NCBI GenBank assembly: GCA_036654655.1
Contig: JAVVRP010000001.1
Coordinates: forward strand, 6,251-70,250
From: Clostridia bacterium
Lineage (GTDB): Bacteria; Bacillota; Clostridia; Christensenellales; UBA1242
Length of the DNA: 64,000 bases
Reading direction: 5' to 3'
A model generated the notes under the pieces. The model was given only the letters and a program-made list of their open reading frames with translations, was not told the DNA's origin and searched no databases. Within the stretch, counting starts at the first letter, position 1. Every line of letters starts with the position of its first letter. A program made the translations under genes and the position numbers. This document shows, one piece after another, positions 59,098 through 64,000 of this stretch.

Positions 59098-59676
59098 TTA
59101 ACATATATTAAAAATTTTTAATTCAAAACAATAATGCGAAAGCAGTGCTTTGTTTATTGTTATAACAACACTTCTTTGTCCATTGCATTCAGCATATATG
59201 CTTAATTTATCACAAACTTCAAAACAAGGGATGCAAAAATATCCACAATTATTTGTATGAGTTGTTGTGATATTTTTTCCGCAGGCAAAAACTTCTGCGT
59301 TAATTAATCGTTTCCCGCATTGATTATAAACAATTCCTTCAACACTAACCAAGTGTGGAATGCATGGAGGAGGTGGGCAAGGTGGTGTTGGTGGGCAAGG
59401 TGGAATTGGTGGACATGGTGGACAAGGGCAACAATCACAACAACAAGCAGTTTTTAATTTATTGTAAAGCATGATTTCAAGGCTGGTTACATCCATTATT
59501 GTACTTTGAACAGAACAGTTGATTTTTAAAAGATCATCAACACAAGTTGCAAGTTCAAGTGCTTTTTGTAACTTTTCTCCTTCTGCGTTAAGTATGTGCG
59601 CAAGTCCGGTTTCTTCCAAAGCAATAGATTCAATCACGTTGTTTTTTTGACAATATTTTTCATTTTTTTCAATCAT
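59098..59676 (-). CDS. Cys-rich protein (192 aa): [16 protein letters not shown] domain, CPPCPP-type Cys/Pro hinge, C-terminal Cys-rich beta-sandwich-like domain
   Basis: AAGGGGAAAAAA RBS. Residues 78-105 read [29 protein letters not shown]. The C-terminus [38 protein letters not shown] resembles carboxypeptidase-regulatory-like folds. Confidence 0.65.
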   Translation of the reverse strand: [192 protein letters not shown]

Positions 59677-59701
59677 TTTTTTCCCCTTTGTTTTTCATGT
59701 A

Positions 59702-59744
59702 TTACATATTATTTCCGCTATTTTAAAGTGGAAATAATATGTAA
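59702..59744. repeat. 15-bp perfect inverted repeat with a 13-nt spacer in the upstream region of the Cys-rich gene
   Basis: ttacatattatttcc (59702-59716) / ggaaataatatgtaa (59730-59744). It lies 26-68 nt upstream of the ATG at 59676 on the - strand. Confidence 0.85.
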
Positions 59745-59938
59745 AACAATTTGGGAAGTTTGGAGCAAGAAAAATATGTTTAAAGATTAATTGCATAAAT
59801 TTATCACACTTAAAACATTGATAATTTTATATATCATATTATGAAAGGAATAAAATTTTGTTACAAAAGCACTTTTAAAGTTGATGGCATAAAATTGACT
59901 TGTTGTTAAAATTAATTTTTAAAAAAAGCAAAACATAG

Positions 59939-59967
59939 TTGACAATAAGATTATGATTTGTTATTAT
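59939..59967 (+). promoter_or_regulatory. sigma-A promoter of the small-membrane-protein/secG/rnr/smpB unit
   Basis: TTGACA (59939-59944), 17 nt, TATTAT (59962-59967), with TATAAT 3 nt further on. Confidence 0.6.
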
Positions 59968-60044
59968 AATATAGATTTTGTGCCACAAGTTAAAAACATA
60001 AAATCAAGGCCAACAAATCACAACAAAACAAGGGGGCAAAGGCG

Positions 60045-60251
60045 TTGTTTGAGCAAATATTTTCTTGGATACGCAATTTGTCAATGCTTAACAGGGGCTT
60101 AATAATTGGTGTAATGTTTATATTTGGGCTTTTGGCATTAAAGTCGATAATAAAATCAACATATGGAGCCGAAAAACCAAAAATTAAATTACTTCACATT
60201 ATGGGCGTTATAATTTGTTTTGGCATAGTCGTGCTTTTTGCGGTTGCATAA
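60045..60251 (+). CDS. small membrane protein (68 aa, two TM helices), unknown function
   Basis: TTG start after a GGGGGCAAAGG RBS. Hydrophobic segments are LIIGVMFIFGLLAL and IMGVIICFGIVVLFAV. Confidence 0.45.
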   Translation: MFEQIFSWIRNLSMLNRGLIIGVMFIFGLLALKSIIKSTYGAEKPKIKLLHIMGVIICFGIVVLFAVA

Positions 60252-60264
60252 AAAAGGAGAAAAA

Positions 60265-60576
60265 ATGTTTTTATCAAGTTTATTAGATGGTTCACTTGTT
60301 CCACAATGGGTAACAGTTTCGTTTCCAATTGTGAGATATGTTTTGGTAGGAGTTATGTTTGTTTCTGCACTTGTAATTATTGTAACAGTGCTTATGCAAA
60401 ATGAAAGTGAGGGAGGCGGAACAAACGCAATCTCTGGCGTTCAAGAAAGTTTTTATCAAAACAACAAAAGTGGAACGCGTGAAGGAAAACTTAAACGTGT
60501 GACAATTACAATGGCAATCATAATAGCCGTAAGTATTGTTTTGTACTTTGCGTCTTTGCTTATTCAACAGGGTTAA
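60265..60576 (+). CDS. secG: preprotein translocase subunit SecG
   Basis: AAGGAGA RBS, then ATG 60265 (the track start is 60238). Two TM helices flank the Gly-rich loop LMQNESEGGGTNAISG. It sits upstream of rnr-smpB-ssrA, as in Bacillus. Confidence 0.75.
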   Translation: MFLSSLLDGSLVPQWVTVSFPIVRYVLVGVMFVSALVIIVTVLMQNESEGGGTNAISGVQESFYQNNKSGTREGKLKRVTITMAIIIAVSIVLYFASLLIQQG

Positions 60577-60650
60577 AAATTGTTGGCTTTGCATTTTGCG
60601 GAGCCAAAATTTTTGTTAATTACTTAATAATTTACACAAAGGAGAAATAA

Positions 60651-62777
60651 ATGGGGCTTCAAGAGGCAATATTAGAGTATATAAACAAAAACGCGGGAGT
60701 AAAAGTTTTGTTCAAGGACATTGTAAATGAGTTCGGCAGTCAGCATGATGTTGCCAAAGCAATAGCAAGATTAAAATCAAAAGGAGATATTCTTATTACT
60801 AAATCAAAAGACTTTGTGGTCAACCCCAAAAAACTTAAATTATCAAAAGCAAAAGTTGTTGTGCTGTCTAATAATGTTAGAATTTGCAACAGTTTAGACG
60901 ACGGCAAAGATTATTTTATTAAAAACAACAAATCTTTAGACGCCTTTGTTGGTGATTTGGTTTATATAAAAACTTTTGGAGATAACAACGGTGCGGAAAT
61001 AGTTTCAATAATAAAAAAAGCAACAAACAGTGAAATTTTGGGTTTTGTAAAAGAAACCACTAACAAGGAAAAATATATTGTTCCTAAAAACAGGAATTAT
61101 AAAATAAAAATTAGAGTGCCTGATAATCAACTTGGTGGGGCAAATGTTGAAGATGCCGTTATGGTTACAGTGCATAAAGTTGATCAAGGAGATGTTTACG
61201 AAGGAAGGGTTCAAAGTGTTTTAGGAGAAATTAACACAAAAGAGCAACTTGAAAATGCTGTATTTCACGAATTTAATGTTAAAAGGGTTTTTCCAAAAGA
61301 AGTTTTGGAAGAATGTGAAAAAATTCCAACAGAAGTAACTTCCCAAGATATAATTGGAAGGCGAGATTTAAGAAATTTAAACGTTTTTACAATTGATCCT
61401 GCAACCGCATTAGATTTTGATGATGCAATATCTGTTGAAAAAATTGGTGAAAATTGGAGATTGGGTGTTCATATTGCCGATGTTTCACACTATGTAAAAG
61501 AAGGATCAAGGATTTATTCGGAAGCAATGTTAAGGGGCACAAGTGTGTATTTTCCAAATGGCGTGATTCCAATGTTGCCATCAAAACTTTCAAATGGAGT
61601 TTGTTCACTCTTGCCAAATTTAGATCGTTTAACTCTTTCTGTTTTTATGGATATAAATCAACAAGGCGATGTTATAAAAAATGATATTTGTGAGTCGGTT
61701 ATAAACAGCAAGTCCCGAATGAATTATGAAGAAGTTATGGCAATTTTTAATGGTGATAAAATTATTGCAGAAAAATATAATAATGTTTTGCCAGATCTTT
61801 TGGAATCGCGAAATCTTGCAAAAGCATTAAAAGGGCAAGCAGAAAGGCGTGGCGAACTTCGTTTAGATATATCGGACATAGAAGTTCATGCCGACCTTGG
61901 CAAATTTACAAACATAACAATTTCAAAAGATGTACAAGATGAAAGCCATGAATTAATAGAGCGTTTTATGGTTATTTGTAATAGTGTTGTTGCAGGTTTT
62001 ATGGATTCAAAGGGGCTCCCATGTGTTTATCGTGTTCACCCAGAGCCAGATGGAATACGAGAGTTTGCAAAATTTATGAAATTAAATTTTGGTATAATTT
62101 GTCCAAAAGAGCCGTCTAGTTTTGATTTGCAAAACTTAATTGATAAAGTGCCAGAAAAGGTAAGAGATATTGTATGCTCTAAAATGCTATGTGCACTTGC
62201 AAAGGCAATTTATTTAAATCATCAGTTAAATGGGCATTATGCTCTTGCTTTAAAACATTACTGCCATTTTACCGCGCCAATTAGAAGAACTCCGGACCTT
62301 GTTGTTCACGCAACACTTAAAAAATTTATACGCAATACATTAGACATGGTTCATTGTGGCGCAAAAGAAGAGAGCAAGGTTTTTGAATGTGCAGTTGAAA
62401 GTAGCGAAAAAGAAAGAAATGCCGATAGCGTTGAGAGAGCACTAGCAAAGTTGTTTTGTTGTTTTGATCTTGAAAGTAGCATAGGGAAAAAATTTAAGGG
62501 AACTGTGTATAACATTAATGAAGATGAAATACAAATAAAACTTGAAAATGGAATTTTTGGTGCAATACCGATAGCAGAACTTAGTGGTGATTATAAATTA
62601 GATTTAGATAGGGTGGCTTTAATAGGAAATAAAAATTCATATAAATTTGGGCAAACTGTTGATGTTACGCTTATAGATGTTCAGCCAAGTACAAGACAAA
62701 TATTTTTTAAACCCACATTGCAACTAAAAAATAGCCCTAAATTTGAAGACGATAAAAAATTTGAAATAACATCTTGA
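60651..62777 (+). CDS. rnr: ribonuclease R
   Basis: 708 aa with an RNB domain (FTIDPATALDFDDAISVE, HYALALKHYCHFTAPIRRTPDLVVH) and a C-terminal S1 domain (KFKGTVYNINEDEIQIKL). Confidence 0.93.
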   Translation: MGLQEAILEYINKNAGVKVLFKDIVNEFGSQHDVAKAIARLKSKGDILITKSKDFVVNPKKLKLSKAKVVVLSNNVRICNSLDDGKDYFIKNNKSLDAFVGDLVYIKTFGDNNGAEIVSIIKKATNSEILGFVKETTNKEKYIVPKNRNYKIKIRVPDNQLGGANVEDAVMVTVHKVDQGDVYEGRVQSVLGEINTKEQLENAVFHEFNVKRVFPKEVLEECEKIPTEVTSQDIIGRRDLRNLNVFTIDPATALDFDDAISVEKIGENWRLGVHIADVSHYVKEGSRIYSEAMLRGTSVYFPNGVIPMLPSKLSNGVCSLLPNLDRLTLSVFMDINQQGDVIKNDICESVINSKSRMNYEEVMAIFNGDKIIAEKYNNVLPDLLESRNLAKALKGQAERRGELRLDISDIEVHADLGKFTNITISKDVQDESHELIERFMVICNSVVAGFMDSKGLPCVYRVHPEPDGIREFAKFMKLNFGIICPKEPSSFDLQNLIDKVPEKVRDIVCSKMLCALAKAIYLNHQLNGHYALALKHYCHFTAPIRRTPDLVVHATLKKFIRNTLDMVHCGAKEESKVFECAVESSEKERNADSVERALAKLFCCFDLESSIGKKFKGTVYNINEDEIQIKLENGIFGAIPIAELSGDYKLDLDRVALIGNKNSYKFGQTVDVTLIDVQPSTRQIFFKPTLQLKNSPKFEDDKKFEITS

Positions 62778-62802
62778 AAAAGGTTTAGAAAGGTGGTATA
62801 AT

Positions 62803-63261
62803 ATGGATGGAAATAAAATTATTGCAAACAATAAAGTTGCTTATCATAACTATTTTATTTCTGATATCCATGAGGCAGGCATTTCATTACAAGGAAGTGA
62901 GGTTAAGTCCATAAGAGATGGTGGCATAAGCATTTTGGGTAGTTATATCATTATTGAAAATAATGAATTATATCTTAAAAATGCGTTTATAAAACCATTT
63001 GAAAAGGCTTCCAATTATATCCCAGATTCCAGACGAAACCGAAAACTTTTACTTAATAAAGACGAAATTTTAAAATACGAAAAAAAAGTAAAAGAAAAAG
63101 GATTCACACTTGTCCCGTTAAAAGTATATTTAAAAAGGGGGCTTGTAAAAGTTGAAATTGGGCTAGGAGAGGGAAAACAACTTCATAACAAAAAGCAAGA
63201 TATGATAGAAAAAACTGCCAAACGAGAAATTGACAGAGCAATGAAAGTCAATTTTAAGTAA
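62803..63261 (+). CDS. smpB: SsrA-binding protein SmpB
   Basis: 152 aa with IANNKVAYHNYFI, GSEVKSIR and a basic C-terminal tail. It lies immediately upstream of the tmRNA. Confidence 0.95.
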   Translation: MDGNKIIANNKVAYHNYFISDIHEAGISLQGSEVKSIRDGGISILGSYIIIENNELYLKNAFIKPFEKASNYIPDSRRNRKLLLNKDEILKYEKKVKEKGFTLVPLKVYLKRGLVKVEIGLGEGKQLHNKKQDMIEKTAKREIDRAMKVNFK

Positions 63262-63265
63262 ATGT

Positions 63266-63612
63266 GGGGGCGACATGGCTTCGACGTGCTTGGGTTCAAA
63301 AGTGTAAAGCGTGTGGCAGAACTTGAACTGCCTAAAAAATCAGGAAAAAATTTAAACGCAAATAATTATCAAAGCCCAGTTGCAGCGTAATGCAACTTGC
63401 TTGTTTCAGTTGGCTCATTTGCTGATTTCAAGCACGAGAAAATGAGATGCTGTTGTCACACTTCTCCGATGACAACCTAAGATAAGGGGGAATAGCAAAC
63501 AAAAAGAGTGTTTATGTTCGTTTTATTTGCAAATTTAAATCATAAACTGCACACGGAGAAAGGCTTATTGCATCAAGTTCGGACGCGGGTTCAATTCCCG
63601 CCGTCTCCACCA
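63266..63612 (+). ncRNA. ssrA: tmRNA (SsrA); predicted tag (A)GKNLNANNYQSPVAA
   Basis: 5' GGGGGCG pairs with 3' CGTCTCC (G3-U wobble), then ACCA. T-arm GGGTTCAATTCCC. The internal ORF gga aaa aat tta aac gca aat aat tat caa agc cca gtt gca gcg taa ends in the canonical ...VAA. Confidence 0.92.
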
Positions 63613-63639
63613 AAAAAATATAGGCAGAGGGGTGAAAAT

Positions 63640-64000
63640 ATGTTCACAGACGCAATCATACAAGTTTTGGCAATAATAGGGATTGTTTTAGCAGGCGGAT
63701 TCTTGGTTTTTTTTATTGGCGATATTGTAATTTCAATTTTTGATGGAAAAGGTTTTAGAGAAAGACGTCAAAAAACAACGTCAGAAAATGCAAGGGTTGC
63801 AAACAAGCAAGTTAAAGCAAATGCTAATGTTTCTGCATATGTTCCTCTTATTGAAGAAAAATCAAAAGAAAGTTCAGTTTCTGTGAGCAATAAACCTCAA
63901 ACAGAACTTAAAGAAGAAAAATCTGTTTTTGAGCAAGAATTAGAACGCTTAAAAAACAAAGATAAGCAAATAGAAATGCCATTAGGAAAAAGTTCGTTTG
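63640..64000 (+). CDS. 5' part of a membrane-anchored K/E-rich protein (runs off the right edge)
   Basis: GAGGGGTG RBS, then ATG 63640. The frame is open to the window end (MFTDAIIQVLAIIGIVLAGGFLVFFIGDIVISIF...). It is absent from the ORF track because no stop is reached. Confidence 0.55.
   Translation, partial: MFTDAIIQVLAIIGIVLAGGFLVFFIGDIVISIFDGKGFRERRQKTTSENARVANKQVKANANVSAYVPLIEEKSKESSVSVSNKPQTELKEEKSVFEQELERLKNKDKQIEMPLGKSSF

Overview
This is a 64-kb chromosomal window from a very AT-rich (by eye about 30% GC) Firmicutes/Clostridia-like endospore former. Most of it is housekeeping. On the + strand: (rpsB tail)-tsf, a degenerate CIRCE operator followed by hrcA-grpE-dnaK-dnaJ, tatD, rsmA, and a Val-Gly-Cys-Leu tRNA cluster. 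Then a sporulation-flavoured block (ytxC-like, spoIVFB-like M50 protease, yqzL, recO, spoIVA), truA, two tRNA-Ser genes and an MBL hydrolase. Further on come a type IIA topoisomerase pair that looks like parE/parC, a pdaB-like deacetylase, rsmE-mtaB-rpsU, trxB, dut, ppdK, tRNA-Thr, and secG-rnr-smpB-ssrA (tmRNA). On the - strand: PFOR, an ECF sigma/anti-sigma/lipoprotein operon, a 1076-aa membrane-anchored surface protein, a DEAD-box helicase, an epimerase and a UgtP/MGDG-synthase-like glycosyltransferase. I saw no CRISPR array, transposase, integrase, rRNA or recognisable defence genes. The candidates most worth follow-up are: (1) a bacterial mTERF-like solenoid protein (11 tandem 36-aa repeats) plus a 2-repeat mini-paralog, sitting behind a 62-bp x2 tandem repeat and a 670-bp gene-less AT-rich tract; (2) a Rho-homologous protein whose Walker A/B motifs are degenerate and whose C-terminus is truncated; (3) a pair of paralogous small proteins sharing an [14 protein letters not shown](I/L)Q domain, one carrying a CPPCPP-type Cys/Pro hinge; (4) a GrpE with a 12-cysteine N-terminal insert; (5) an unannotated 50-aa N/S/K-rich ORF. 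All functional calls come from motif recognition and synteny by eye. No database search, HMM or folding was run, and start codons and terminator limits are approximate.
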